A stretch of DNA of 64,000 bases from Octopus sinensis (GCF_006345805.1 NC_042997.1:38750001-38814000), one strand, 5' to 3'; shown: positions 1 to 13,637, counted from the stretch's first letter. Notes: a model not told the origin generated them from the letters alone. Translations and numbers: made by a program.

Positions 1-245
1 GGTGGTGATCCCTGCTGTACTCTTTCACCACAAACTTTCTCTCACTCTTACTTCCTGTTTCTGTTGTACCTGTATTTCAAAGGGCCGGCCTTGTCACTCT
101 CTGTGTCACGCTGAATATCCCCGAGAACTACGTTAAGGGTACACGTGTCTGTGGAGTGCTCAGCCACTTACACGTTAATTTCACGAGCAGGCTGTTCCGT
201 TGATTCGGATCAACCGGAACCCTCATCGTCGTAACCGAGTGCTTC
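1..245 (+). mobile_element. tRNA-derived SINE family C, 3' part (cut by window edge)
   Basis: Near-identical to the bodies of the full copies at 41090-41470 and 59471-59845 (gatccctgctgtactctttcaccac...cgtcgtaaccga). Confidence 0.9.
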
Positions 246-1282
246 CATGTTGATTTATTGAACCAGTGTTGGAGCATCGAATATTTACGTATCTTTCAGA
301 CATTTACTAATCGTGGCAGGTGAACCATAATAGTATTCCCTCGGAATAGCAACGAAACACCTTTTACGGTCACGTCTGCATTGTACAAATCATCTCTTAA
401 ACGTACTAAAGTTACCTACGAACTTTTAAGAAGCTTTATTTTCACTTAATTAATAATATATCGATTATAGATGGAATACATTTTTGTGTGTGTAATGTGT
501 GGAGAGGGGAACAGATTCGAAGTTCCCATATGCATCATATTGCTGTGTTAATATTATAAGATAAAGTATTTAGTGCGCTAACAACTATACAGAGGTATTC
601 ACGAGTGTAGGTTTTCTTATTATACGTAGCTACGACCAAACTAGGCTGTAATATAAAGACGGATGATTGAAGACATGGAAGTGAGCTACACAATCAATAT
701 ACCAAACACTAACATTTTTCTCTCTTTTTTTTTTGTTTTGTTCTACTACTAATTTTCTTGTATCTGCTTATCGACCCTGACAAGATTAAGGGCTAATTCT
801 AGATTGACATGAATCGATACCAAAAGTTTTCAACTACTGGAGCAATCCTCAATCAGTAAACATAACGTGGTGATTTCGTATCGGCATTCTCATTCTATTC
901 TTGGAGACAATGCTTTATTTTTTTTTCAGACATATTTTTTTAAATAATTGTACATCAGGATTCTTCGGATTCCTAATGTAGCGTATCCCCATCACATCAA
1001 TTACAGTTTAGAAATACTCGAACTTTCTGCTTATTCTGCTTTATACACAAAAAGATTAGCTATTTTGGTCAAATACACGCGTATGTTGTTATTTCCATAT
1101 TTTCTATAGATTTTATAGTTTCTGTTAATTCATTTATATACATAGGTAGATAAATGTTACTCGTTGCAAATGATGATCTTTGCCCCTTATATTTTTAAAG
1201 TGATTTCTTTTATCTAAAGAATGTTCACTCGGATGATTGACATGAATTTGTTCACCAACACATTCCAAACTCTAGTCGCAGA

Positions 1283-1348
<66 letters not shown>

Positions 1349-1550
1349 TTGAAATTAATTAAGGGTAGAAATTGATATTAGTCAATTAAAACCAGTGGTC
1401 TAGCATATTAAAAAGAATCCGAAGATTAAAATATTTATATGGTTTGTGCTGAATTTTATTTTATTTGAGAACATAATCTTTGTGGAGAATGGCGATTGAC
1501 GTCTATATCTAGCATGTTGACTGTCCACTTTTCATGTTCAGTCCTTATTG

Positions 1551-1596
1551 GTATATATATATATATATTATATATATATATACTTATATATTATAT

Positions 1597-1655
<59 letters not shown>

Positions 1656-1696
1656 ATATATATATATATCTATATATATATATATATATATATATA

Positions 1697-1745
<49 letters not shown>

Positions 1746-1786
1746 TATATATACTTATATATACTTATATATATATATATATATGC

Positions 1787-1835
<49 letters not shown>
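1551..1835. repeat. Long imperfect (TA)n microsatellite
   Basis: Read directly; source of the YI-repeat ORFs. Confidence 0.98.
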
Positions 1836-1838
<3 letters not shown>

Positions 1839-3463
1839 TGTCTTTTTTACCTCTACTACTGGTGGACTCTGCCACTCCGAGTTATTTCTTCGCGTGCCAC
1901 CTTCGTTCAGGTGCCTGCGTTCAGGCCCCTTTTTTCAAGCTCTCTCGACTCACTCTTACGTCTCGTCTCACTAACCAGTATGCCACACTAACCAATATAA
2001 CTAGTCCTTTTCTCCACAGAAGGTCGGCTTCCTGAAATTCAACCTTTCTCTCTCTGCACATGATTTTTTACCTGTTGTTGTCGAATGGAAACCTTTTTAG
2101 ACATACCATTAACAACTTTAATCTACTGGTGTAGAGAAACATTTCTTAGAGCAATTGTTTCTTTAAGCGGTTTTTCTTTTTCTTCAGTTTTTTTTTTTTG
2201 AGATTTTAAAAATGGAACAAATTCTAAAAAAAACTGTTCCCCCTTTTCTTGTCTTGTTCTTAATTGCTTTTTACAGCTTTTAACTCCTCTTAACTCCTTT
2301 AATTTATTCAGTTACAGTATTTCATTCTCCTACCATTACCTTCCTAAACTCTCCTGCTAACAGCATTACTCTGTTATCTTTTATACAACACCATTAAACA
2401 CTTTACTCTCACCGCTCTTCGGGGGATTGTGAAAGCTATGAGCACACCTTTTTCCAAATCAAATTAATGAAAACATAATGGTCAACTGTTACAATTAATT
2501 TCCTACCCTCTTTAGAAAAGAAGCATTCTTGGCTGTTGCTATTTTATTCTAACCAACCATAATAATGATGGGGGTGCATTATAACGTAGCAGAATATAAG
2601 TATGATGTTAGCAACATCACTATAGTTTTTAAGTGTGTGAGTTACGGCTTGCTTGCTGAAAAATAACTGCAAAATTCATAAGATTTATAGGTGAATTTTT
2701 AAAATATCCAACAAGTTCCTGGATCTAATTCACTTATGCTTTAATTTCATTATTTATCTCTTTTAACTGCTCGTCAGACATTTGGAATCTGTAAACATAA
2801 ATATCAGCATTTTAAAAGTAAATGCCATAACAAATAGAAAAATATCTAGTATCACTTACTAAATAAGACATAACCAGTGAAATATTATCCTATTAAAATG
2901 ACAACTAGATTAAAAACAACAAACGTAATGCAGATAAACCAGTCATACCAGATTTAAACAGTTTCAATGTAGAAATGTTCTTAAATGTCTAAGCAATCTA
3001 CATCATAATACTTTTAAAACTTGTAATTCAGTCAGTAACAGTTGCACAATAAAAAAAAAACAATAGAAACTGAGTAAACTCGATATATTCTGTATCGGCA
3101 AACACTAATGGAAATTGTTCAATACGTTCAATAAATTTTATATCATTCGTACGTTTAGTCTATCACTTGAAGCAGAACACTTGGTCAGAGAGTTGACTTC
3201 AGCAGTCTCTCAGGTTAAGGAGCCTACTCGAAAAGTTAGACTTCTCTTCCACGCGACATAAGAATTATTCAGTTTCTTTAACTATCGATTAGAATAAACT
3301 TAAGTAAATTTTAGGGTATATTTGGTAGTGTCAATGGATTTAACTGATATGATGTCGAAAAGATACTTTGATAATTCACTTAATTTGTACATCTCAGAAT
3401 TATTAAGTACTCGTCGGTAAATAACGAGAGATTCATACGATGAATAAATTTCCAGGTGAATTA

Positions 3464-4420
3464 CACTGGTCAACAAAAATATATTTTGAAATGGCGTCGA
3501 GACACCAAACGTCTTTTTTAGCTAATTTGAGGGCGCTGAATCTGAAAATCACCTTACTTTTTCTTGATTAGCTACCGTTTTTGCTGTACAGCAATGCCTC
3601 ATTGGGGGGGGGAGCTTTTCAGTTGTTTTCTGCATATTTGATATTGATCGATGGCAATTTTTCAAAGTAAAATCGTAGAAACTTCTCAATTCGTATTTAA
3701 TAATCGCCGCAATTATCCGGAAATTTATCTAGATGGCTATGTAAAATGAACCTTAATACTCATATTCGCTCCTATGTCTTGTAGACTTTTCAACAGCTTT
3801 TCCACTACCTCCTTGTAGTTTTCGGCCCGGCAATTGCCTACGAAGTTTTTCACCGCATCAACAAACGATATCCAAGCGCGTAATTCCAAGTCATTCATTC
3901 AATTAACAAATGTTTCGAGAACATAGTCAGGATTGTTTTCGCTGTGTTTCTCATTTACATCAGTATTAGACTCGTCACTTTCAAAATGTTTCAACAAATT
4001 TTCGTGAAAAACTGGGATTGGCAAATCACCTAAATGCGGCACTGGAATGAAGACTGGGATAGTCGATAGATCTGCGTTTCATTTCGCTCAAATATTCGTC
4101 AGAGTGGTTCTTTGGCCCACGCCAGATCATAGGAATAGCGAATCTCAATAATTTTCGGGTACCTGAAGCCCACTGTCTCATGTGTTCCAAACATGTCTTC
4201 CAAACAATGTGAGAGACCCATGATTTGTCCTCATAAAGGATGGTGTGGTCCTAATGATAGAAATAGATGTTACGTAACAATAACAAACGAACCAAACAAA
4301 ATACATTTAGAATTTATTGGTGTATTAATTTGTATAATATTTCTTTGGTATTTCATAACCGGATTCCAAAACCTATTCAAACTTCAGTTGGGTCCTTTGA
4401 GAATACATTTTCTAATATTT
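3464..4420 (-). mobile_element. Internally deleted CMC/Chapaev3-like DNA transposon
   Basis: Terminus tta|CACTGGTCAAC at 3464 fits the CACTG end and TWA TSD of Chapaev3. The minus strand gives MNDLELRAWISFVDAVKNFVGNCRAENYKEVVEKLLKSLQDIGANMSIKVHF..HSHLDKFPDNCGD, plus frameshifted N-terminal remnants (RKC..P, GPHHP). The other terminus was not found. Confidence 0.7.
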
Positions 4421-5114
4421 GCATCAATCTACAGAGGCAGCACACAGCTTCTGTATTTCTTCATTAAGGAAGTCAGCTTATAATTGAATTTAGAATAAAA
4501 TGTATCACTGCGTAAATTTAATATATCATAAACAAGTAATGTGTAATTAATTTTATGACAATTTATGAAGGAACTTCATTATATAACTATAAAATTGAAA
4601 ATTTGCATGTAAGAAATGCTTTCAGAAACCGAAGAAATATGCACAGTAAATGTAGTGAGCTATTAATAATGTTGTCATTCGATAATACCAATTTGAAAGG
4701 AATCGCACGAAGCATTTTTCGAAATGACTTTAATCTTATTGAATGCCGTTAGTAGCATATTTACATCTGATTACTAAGAATGTTTGTAATCGATCATGCG
4801 TCGACGGCCATTGAATGGTAATGCACATATTCTCCATAATGGAAACAGCAGTACTGGCATTGTTAGGAATATCTGATAAGTACGTACAAGTAGTTCGGAG
4901 CTGTTGCATGTACTACTGATAACTTCGTTGATCTGTATGTTCAGCTAAGGGAAGTTATACACGAATAGCTGTTTCGGTGAATTTTATGGTTTACCTGACG
5001 TGAGAACGTTTTTTAACCACTACCTACAATTTTTAAATTCATGTTTAGTTGAAGTTTAAGCCTAACATTTCTGATTCGGCTCCCACATCATATTGCATAA
5101 AAATAATATGAACA

Positions 5115-5530
5115 GGTGCAGGAGTGGCCGTGTAGCAAGATGCTTGTTTCCCAACCACTTGGTTCCGGGTTCAGTCCCACTGCGTGGCATCTCAGGCAAA
5201 TGTCTTCTACTATAGCCTCGGGCCGATCAAAGCCTTGTGAGGGGATTTGGTTGACGGAAACTGAAAGAAGCTCGTCGTATATATATATATGTGTGTGTGT
5301 GTGTGTTGTGTGTGTGTGTGTATTTTTGTGTGTCTGTGTTTGACCCCCTCCTACCATCGCTTGATAACCGATCTTGATATGTCTATTTCCCTGTAACTTA
5401 GCGGTTTGGCATAAGAGACCGATAGAAAAAGTACTAGGCTTACAAAGAATAAGTCCTGGAGTCGAATTGTTCGACTAAAGGCGGTGCTCCAGCATGGCCG
5501 TAGTCAAATGAGAGAAACAAGTAAAATAAA
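5115..5530 (+). mobile_element. tRNA-derived SINE family A (bipartite, internal TA/TG microsatellite)
   Basis: Head ggtgcaggagtggccgtgtagc..., B-box-like gggttcagtccc and tail gaaacaagtaaaa; matches about 12 other copies in the window. Confidence 0.92.
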
Positions 5531-6031
5531 ATCCTTCTCTTATTTGGCTGAGAAAAGACCGCATCAGTTTCCAGTTACATTTTATGCTTTCCCTATTCGA
5601 CGTAGATGAAATAAATTTATGAGTTGCTGCTTTTCTCAAAATTTCCAGAAAAAAAAAAACAGTTATCAAATTACGTAACATGTAAATTTTAAAAGATGCA
5701 TTATAATTTATAGAGACCCTGTTTTGCTGACATAGAATATTTGCATTAAAGAATATTAATAGCGCGATAGAGTTTGTAGGAAGGAAAATTGCAATTTGGG
5801 GAAAAGAAAATGGAAATGCTGAAATTTATTGTGGTTTATTAAGTATAATCTAAAATTAAGTATAATTCCACTTTGTCATAGCTAAGACTGTTGCACTAAG
5901 ATAAAATAGATTGGAAGAGCTCTTGGCTAGAAAATCCAAGGTACAGTGCGTTGAGAAAGCCACGATAGCATGGTATATCAAATCCTCACGCTATAAATAC
6001 AAAGCCTTGGAGCCTGCGATGGTTTATTATG

Positions 6032-6262
6032 GACGGCGAGCTGGCAGAATCGTTAGCACGCCGGGCGAAATGCTTCGCGGTATTTCGTCTGCCGTTACGT
6101 TCTGAGTTCAAATTCCGCCGAGGTCGACTTTGCCTTTCATCCTTTCGGGGTCGATAAATTAAGTACCAGTTACGCACTGGAGTCGATGTAATCGACTTAA
6201 TACCTATGTCTGTCCTTGTTTGTCCCCTCTATGTTTAGCCCCTTGTGGGTAATAAAGAAATA
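6032..6262 (+). mobile_element. tRNA-derived SINE family B, tail type 1
   Basis: Head ggcgagctggcagaatcgttagc, B box gagttcaaattcc, tail aaagaaata; flanked by an 11-bp direct repeat ggtttattatg (6021-6031 / 6263-6273). Confidence 0.93.
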
Positions 6263-6802
6263 GGTTTATTATGACATATACATATCTGTAACATTGTCGT
6301 AACCGTATCTCAAATTACTGGCTGTTTCTTCATGACCAGAAAATATTTCGTCATAATTGTCTTTGTATGGAAGTACGAGTTCTTTCGCCCTACTTCTAAG
6401 GACTATTTGCGGAAGAAGTATGTTAAACATAGAATATTTTAAAGATTAATTTGATGTTATTCCGCGACCCATAATAACAGAGAGAGCGAATTAATAAGTT
6501 TTCTATCATAAAATCATAGTTAAATCCGTTTCTGGGCAGTTAATTATTGGGCTAAAGGCTCTTGATTTTTGTATATTCTTTTACTCTATATCAGGATGGA
6601 TATATCAGTGTAATAAGGAACTGATTAAGCCACTTTCAAACTGTATGAATTGAGGGTTGTTTACACTATTAGGGAAATGCAATATTACTTGAGTGATGAA
6701 TCAAATATGTTACTCCTAACCCCTACTAAACACGGAGTTAAAATGCAGAGTTTTAGAAAATACTAAATAACACAAATTAACTCTCCAAACGTTTCTACTT
6801 CA

Positions 6803-7201
6803 TCTTTATATATAAAAGATAGGTTGTGTGCTGTCTGTATCCTACGGTTTAGATTCCTAACTACTCCCACATTTTGCGGTGCAGTTTAACCAAAACCGGG
6901 TATCTTATAGTCGTGATTCATATCGAGCCCTTCTGGGTATTAGCGCGCGTCTACGATGAGTCTACGATTTTAAAAATAATTTACCATCATTTTTTTCCCA
7001 TTTCTAATGCATTTTTGGCATATATAAGGGAAGTAACTCTCTAAAAATTTATTATTAAATCTCAGAACGTAAAAAGCTACAGTAACACCCCCCTCCTTTG
7101 TGGTTAACCATATTGAGATGGCTATTATACTTTACATCTCTAAAAATGCTTATATAGTTATTTCCCTTACAAACCCGAGCAACGCCGGGCGATACTGCTA
7201 G
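6803..7201 (+). mobile_element. Non-autonomous Helitron
   Basis: Starts A|TCTTTATATATAAA and ends with hairpin CCCGAGCAACGCCGGG (7174-7189) followed by CTAG|T; no TSD. A second copy lies at 16093-16485. Confidence 0.88.
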
Positions 7202-10200
7202 TATTTGTATAAAAATTAATAGAAAGTAGTTGTTAAATCTTTAACTAAAATTCCCTAAAATATACGTACCAAATTTACATACTAAAGAACAATGATTTAA
7301 TTTTTGAACGAACTGGGATTCTGAATAAATAAAACGTTATTCATTGAATTAGAAGGCAACACCAGTTTTTATGATGATATATAGACAAACGATCGGTCCC
7401 TAGGATCAAGAAGCAGAAAATTTATCCTGACTTCCTTTGTAGACGAAATACATATTTTGTTACCTAGCCGGACATTGGTCTTCAACTTCTGTATGCAAAT
7501 GTACAGAAGTTGCAGGACTGAAATATATGAAATATATGCTGTGTTTTGTGCTTTGTAACAGAATAGAATTAATGAATGAACGGTAGGTACATTAAGTGGG
7601 GTTAGATGTAAATGGTGAACTGTTTGCATGCTCCTAACAACAAAGGCAGAAACAGGAAAATCGCATCTGTGAGATAGGAGTTGTAGCGTTTTTTTCTAAA
7701 TGAATCGACCCGTTGACTTTTGGTGGATGCAATCTAAAATATCTTAATGTGTGTGTTTTCCAGCTGTCTGAATAATATTTTGTTGTGGAAAACATTATTG
7801 TGAGTAGCACTAACGTGTTTTAGCAACTGCTTATGGCTGAAGTATTTGTTGTGTATGTGAACCTGCTATGAGAGATAATCAGAGATCATTAGAGCCGTGC
7901 AGCTTGTGTGTGTGTGTGGTCCACACGTAGGGAGATGTAGAGAGAGGCTACTTCCTTGATATGTGTAGTAACCGAGTCTTGCTGCTTTTGAAAGGAAATC
8001 GATTGTCATATCTCTATTGAGATTTCTACATTAAAACTAATAATAGTTAGTTGTGTTTATGAAAAATATAAATCCAAGAAAATAAACTGACAGGACGCTA
8101 TTGTAATAGCATTAAATTATTTTTTTTAAATGCACAAACAAAGATTGTTGTTATTGAACATTTTGCTAAAGCATTCAATATTTCTTGAATATCTTAGAAA
8201 AATGCTAACTGTAACCTAGGTTACGTACGGTAAATGTAAGACAACATATCACTTATATTTGGGTTAAATCCACGCCGTACGTCTGCTGTTTACATGAGTT
8301 AAAAATATAAAGAAAATATGAACCAAATACACATATATTGTCAATTCCCGACAGTTAGTTATTTTTCTCATTCTTATATTTAATATGAAATTTCTTCAGA
8401 TTGAGTTGAAATAAGTTGTTTGTAGTTTACGATTTTATTTTGTAAGTCTTGTGTTGATTTCTTTTCCACAAAGCATCATATTTGACATATCAAAGATTCA
8501 TATATGGCCTGTCTTTAAAAATCGATGCAAGCTGTATTGACTTTTTATTGTGGATACTTGAGGTTGTTATATTAGTTATTGCAGACGCTGTAACTAGTTT
8601 TATAAGATAGATATATATCAATTACTGAGGTACTTGCAACTAGAGACATAGCGCCAATTTGAGGATATAACAGCTTTTTTTTATTAATTTATTTTTTTAG
8701 CGTAAAACGTTGGTGTTTCAGATTGTTGAGTATTGCAGAATACTTTGCATAATGGTATATGGAATATAAGATCTCTCAAGTATATTATAGGATATCCTAA
8801 TGCAATGCAGTACTCTATAATGTATTTGAAGTAGTATGGTGCCTAGAGCTGCTCCAATAGTTGCATGATTCTAGTCAGAGCAGCTTATGCAACTTTTTCC
8901 CTCCATCTTGTACTAATGAATGCAAACACAATTCTGGGTATTTTCTTCCAATCGTTCTTCTAAGATTTATCTCCTGACCGTGCTTATACTCGAAAATTTT
9001 ATATGATTTTCGGTCACTTTAAGGTTCAGCAGAAATGGTAAAATAGAAGAGGTCAAATAAGAATAAATTATATCCCTTTTTGTCTCCGTACTACCCAAAT
9101 TTAAGCCTACTTCCCATTGCATGCGTTATTTTTGATTGATTTAAATTGAAATTTTAGGGCTGTCTAACACACAAATTTCTTTCTCCTCCGTGTCAGTATA
9201 ATTTATTTCGTTAACACTGAAAATCCTGCTGACGTTTGCTTTGTTACTCTTGATATTGTCGTATGTTACCGTTGTTGCTTTCTCTATTTTGTCAGATACA
9301 AAGCAAATGTATAAACGAAAAATCAACGTATACCATTATTATTAAACCACCAGGAATTTCATGTCAGAAAGTGTATAATCCATAATACATTGTAAGAAGT
9401 AGTCTACTTGAAAGTGCATTTTTTAGAATGTCATTCTATGAGGAATCGTAATTCTTTATGAATGACAATAACCCATAATATTTCAGTAATAGCAACCATT
9501 AAATAAGATTGATTTGAAATTATCTATTTCATAATTACCAATTTGCTTTAAATGTGGAGTATTTGTGTAAATATTAATGAAATAGATCCATCATATATAT
9601 ATTTGTCTGTTATGAACCAGGTGAATAAGATGATTTGAGCCCCGAAATATTTTCATTAATTATAAAGTGTCCCGCTGTTTGCTACAATTTACCTTGCTTA
9701 ATCGTGATATGTATTTATTGAAGCGAAATATAGATTGAAGCGGTAAATTGTTTCATTCTTTGTCTCAAGTTGTCATTTTTAACGATCAGCCAGATGAGAT
9801 TTCACATATATTTATTAACCACAGTAAAGCAAAATATAAAATAATAGAATTAAATATATGGGATAGTTACCGACGCGGATCACTGCTATATTCTTCGCAT
9901 CCACGTATTTCTCTTCACTAAATACGTTCAGAATTTTAATGTAAAGATTAAAGAAAGAGAAAAATACTGAGTGAAAGAAAGAAAGGAAGGAACAGAAATT
10001 AAAAACAGAAAGAAAAGAAACCATACAAAAATGGTTATTTCTATATGAAATAAGAAGTATATGGCTTCAAATAGCGATCTTCTTGAACACGAACGAAGAG
10101 AAAACATGAATTCCACTCAAATGAAATGTCAATATTTCTTTTAACCTACACTACAACAGGGAGAATGTCAACTCGTCAGTCAGGGAACCCTCTACGTAAT

Positions 10201-10519
10201 AACAAGTGCCACTAAAACATAAACTGCAATATATCTTTATTAAGTACATTCAAAGCCTTAATTAAGTACATTCAAAGCACACGCTAACGATAATGATAAT
10301 AATAGTTATTCCTCTCATCGAATGGGTTACACTGGATTGTTGGTGCGACATTTAGACATGCGAAATATAGATTGGGTTTGGTGTTAGCTAATATGGTTTA
10401 CAAGTGATATATATTTATATTCATATATATATATATATATATGCGTGTGTGTGTGTGTATTTATGTATGTATGTATGTATACATTATGTATGTATATATA
10501 TATATATATAGACATTATA

Positions 10520-10678
10520 GTGGCTGTGTGGTAAGAAGCTTGCTTCTCAATCACATGGTTCCAGGATCAGTTCCCTACATGCCACCTTGGGCAGGTGTCT
10601 TCTACTATAGCCTCGGGCCGACTAACCAAAGTCTTGTGACTGGATCTGGTAGACAAAAACTGAAAGAAGCCCGTCGTC
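10520..10678 (+). mobile_element. SINE family A, 5' half, diverged
   Basis: gtggctgtgtggtaagaagcttgc...ctgaaagaagcccgtcg. Confidence 0.85.
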
Positions 10679-10737
10679 TATCACGTCCTCGCGTTGTTGT
10701 TTTTTCTTGCTTGTTCATGTTTGGATCGACGATATAT

Positions 10738-10774
<37 letters not shown>

Positions 10775-10889
10775 TTTATGTGTGTGTGTGTGTGTGTGTG
10801 TGAGTGTGTGTGTGTATGTGTGTATGTCTGTGTTTGTGAAACAAGTAAAAGGATAAAAGAATAAAAGGACATGTATATATACACACACA

Positions 10890-11160
10890 CGTAGTCTGAT
10901 CAATAAGTATCCGGAATGTTGCGACAGTAACGAAGCTAAAGTAGAGAGTAAAGCCGCTTGGCACGCATTGATATTAAACTCTGCAGTGCATGCGCACTAA
11001 GTTTTAACGTTCTAGCTCACTTTCGCTGTTTACAGCAGCGCTTGGAAGGAATAGCATGTGATCGTCGCATTAGCCATGACACAGAAATTTGAGCAGAGAA
11101 TCTGTATCAAATTTTGCCAAAAGCTTGCCGATACCTGCTCAGAAGCCTACGTAAAGTTTT
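10890..11160 (+). mobile_element. Mariner 5' end (TIR-like start plus transposase N-terminus)
   Basis: TIR-like cgtagtctgatcaataagtatccgga, then MTQKFEQRICIKFCQKLADTCSEAY, a typical mariner N-terminus. Confidence 0.8.
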
Positions 11161-11675
11161 CAAAAATTTGTCATCGTTCTCGACACAATCAAGGAGGTCT
11201 TGTGCAACTGAAACCCGGGTGTCTTTTTGGTCAGCTGAAAGCAATTTTGGAACAAACTTGGCGGACACGTGTCTCATACGCAATTCGTCAGTGATGATGG
11301 ACTGAATTGAACTGTAACTAATCTTCACATCATATGATAACTCACGGATGGTGATTCGACGATTTTTCCTCGAAGCTGCACGCACATCTGCGATGTTTTT
11401 CTCAGGTCTCCTGGCTGCGGATATCCTAGAACGTTCGTCAATATTTACATTTTTTCGGCCACCTTGCAAACATCTGAACCACTCGTACACTTATGTGCCG
11501 CTCATACACTCCTCTCCATACACTTTCAGCAACTTAGCGTAGTCCTCTGAGCAGATTTCGTCATAACGTTCTCTGTCATGATCAATGAGATGATCACACG
11601 CTACACAGGTTCCTTCCAAGCACTGCTTATGAATCCATCACTGGAAAATTTCTTCCCTCACACCTAAGTTTTACG
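11155..11675 (-). mobile_element. Mariner transposase N-terminal half (pseudogene)
   Basis: ORF 11107-11490: YEWF..GR..DERS..RRITIRELS..MRHVSAKFVPKLLSADQK..FLKT; it breaks off just before the catalytic D (TGDE). Confidence 0.88.
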
Positions 11676-11742
11676 TACACTGGTTATATATATATATATA
11701 ATAATAATAATAACAACAACAACAACAACAACAACAATAATC

Positions 11743-11776
<34 letters not shown>

Positions 11777-12135
11777 CAACTACTATTGATACTAATTTAT
11801 TTAGCTTAAAATATTCTCAACCCAGATAGGACTTTTCATTTACCAACTTCATCACTACAATTTTAGGCTGTATTTTTGCACCAAGTTTCTAATATTCATA
11901 ATGCTTTTGGTTTAATTAATAAATACAATAAGCACAAATGTACGCAATTCTTAGCATATCTAAGAGTAGTTGTTTTCTTCTATCTCCATCTCTATAAGTA
12001 TATATCATTGAATATATTTCGATGACTATATATATTCCATAAGGCACAATAGATATCGTTTTAGGTTGTTTGTAAGTTAAGTGTATGAATCCCATTTCGA
12101 ATTACATTTACATTCATAATATCATTCATAAAATA

Positions 12136-12796
12136 AGGTGGTGAGCTGGCAGAAATATTAGCACAACGGACGAAATACTTAGTGGTATTTCGTCTGTCTT
12201 TACGTTCTGAGTTTAAATTCCGCCGAGGTCGACTTTCCCTTTCGAGGTCGATAAATTTAGTACCAGTTGCGTACTGGGGTCGATTTAATCGACTGGCCCC
12301 TCCCCCAAAATTTCAGGCCTTGTGTCTAGAGTAGAAAAGAATATTTTCCATTAATTTTAAAGGCGGTGAGCTGGTAGAAACGTTAGCACGCCGGGCGAAA
12401 TGCTTAGCGGTATTTCGTCTGCCGTTACGTTCTGAGTTCAAATTCCGCCGAGGTCGACTTTGCCTTTCATCCTTTCGGGGTCGATAAATTAAGTACCAGT
12501 TACGCACTGGGGTCGATGTAATCGACTTAATACCTATGTCTGTCCTTGTTTGTCCCCTCTGTGTTTAGCCCCTTGTGGGCAATAAAGAAATAATAAGAGT
12601 GGATGACAGTATAGGGGCCGATATAATCGACTTAATCCGTTTGTCTGTCTTATGTTCTGAGTTCAAATTCTGCCGAAATCGACTTTGCCTTTCAGGGGTC
12701 GGTAAATTAAGTACCAGTTGCGTAATGGGGTCGATCTAATCGACTGCCCCGCTCCCGGAACATTTCGGGCCTTGTGCCTAGAACAGAAAAGAATAT
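12136..12796 (+). mobile_element. Cluster of three SINE-B copies (12136-12345 tail 2; 12361-12592 tail 1; about 12618-12796 partial, tail 2)
   Basis: Repeated ttctgagttcaaattccgccgaggtcgact...taagtaccagtt cores with two alternative 3' tails. Confidence 0.9.
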
Positions 12797-13145
12797 CGGT
12801 CATAAAATACGAATAAAAATATTTTTCATAAAATATAAGCCACCTTTCAAACCAGCCTTTGTCAATTCATCTTTAATTAACGTAAATTAATATTTATATA
12901 TACATATAAAAATCATTAAAAATAAGTTGATTATATCCACAATAAATTTCTATTACGTATATCAGTAGTTTTAGCACTTTAATTCAAATTTATGTTCATA
13001 TTTCATTATTTCTCTTTCCATTACTTCCAACTACTAATTCCATTAACTCTATATTGAATATACAACTCCATTCTAACCACTTCTAACCACATCATCATCA
13101 TCATCATCATCATCACCATCAGCATCATAATCATTATTATTATCA

Positions 13146-13242
13146 TTGAGTGAGAGAGCAGTGCATGCCATCAAAGTGACACTGGAGTAAATATACGAAG
13201 CCTAGTATACCCATCATGACTACCCGTCTGATAAGGGTACAT
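13146..13242 (+). repeat. Partial copy of (TAA)n-associated repeat family D
   Basis: Reverse complement of the end of the 30957-31510 element. Confidence 0.85.
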
Positions 13243-13246
13243 TATT

Positions 13247-13335
<89 letters not shown>

Positions 13336-13339
<4 letters not shown>

Positions 13340-13637
13340 TAGTTTTATTTTTATAGCGTGCTTTCACTTCACTACCGAGCACAGCTCTGTGTGCCTTGGG
13401 TATGTGCTGTGATTTGTTGTGATGCTCTGATGGTTATTGTATGGAAAGCGTTCTGCGTAGGATGTGTGCGGTGCCTAGTAGTGCAATTTTCTGTATGTTA
13501 TATGTGTTTGTAAGTCCTGGTGTTTTTGTTATGTATTTGTCTGAATATTTTTTTATCATGCCTAATGCACCTACTATGATAGGAATTGTTTCTGTTTTCA
13601 GATTCCACATTCTAGTTACCTCTATTTCCAGGTCTTT
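13336..13637 (-). mobile_element. 5'-truncated REL-endonuclease LINE (R4/Dong-like) 3' end
   Basis: Minus strand YKDLEIEVTRMWNLKTETIPIIVGALGMIKK, then frameshifted IQKIALLGTAHILRRTLSIQ*; flanked on both sides by (TTA)n. Confidence 0.8.

Noticed and set aside
5245-5280. GACGG-AAACUGAAAGAAG-CCGUC hairpin in SINE-A as a ribozyme
   Set aside because: GAAAC and CUGA are adjacent with no cleavage site or third stem, so it is not a hammerhead topology.
9141-9326. 61-aa non-repetitive ORF as a possible terminal exon
   Set aside because: It has no ATG start, no recognisable domain, a weak acceptor and no neighbouring exons.
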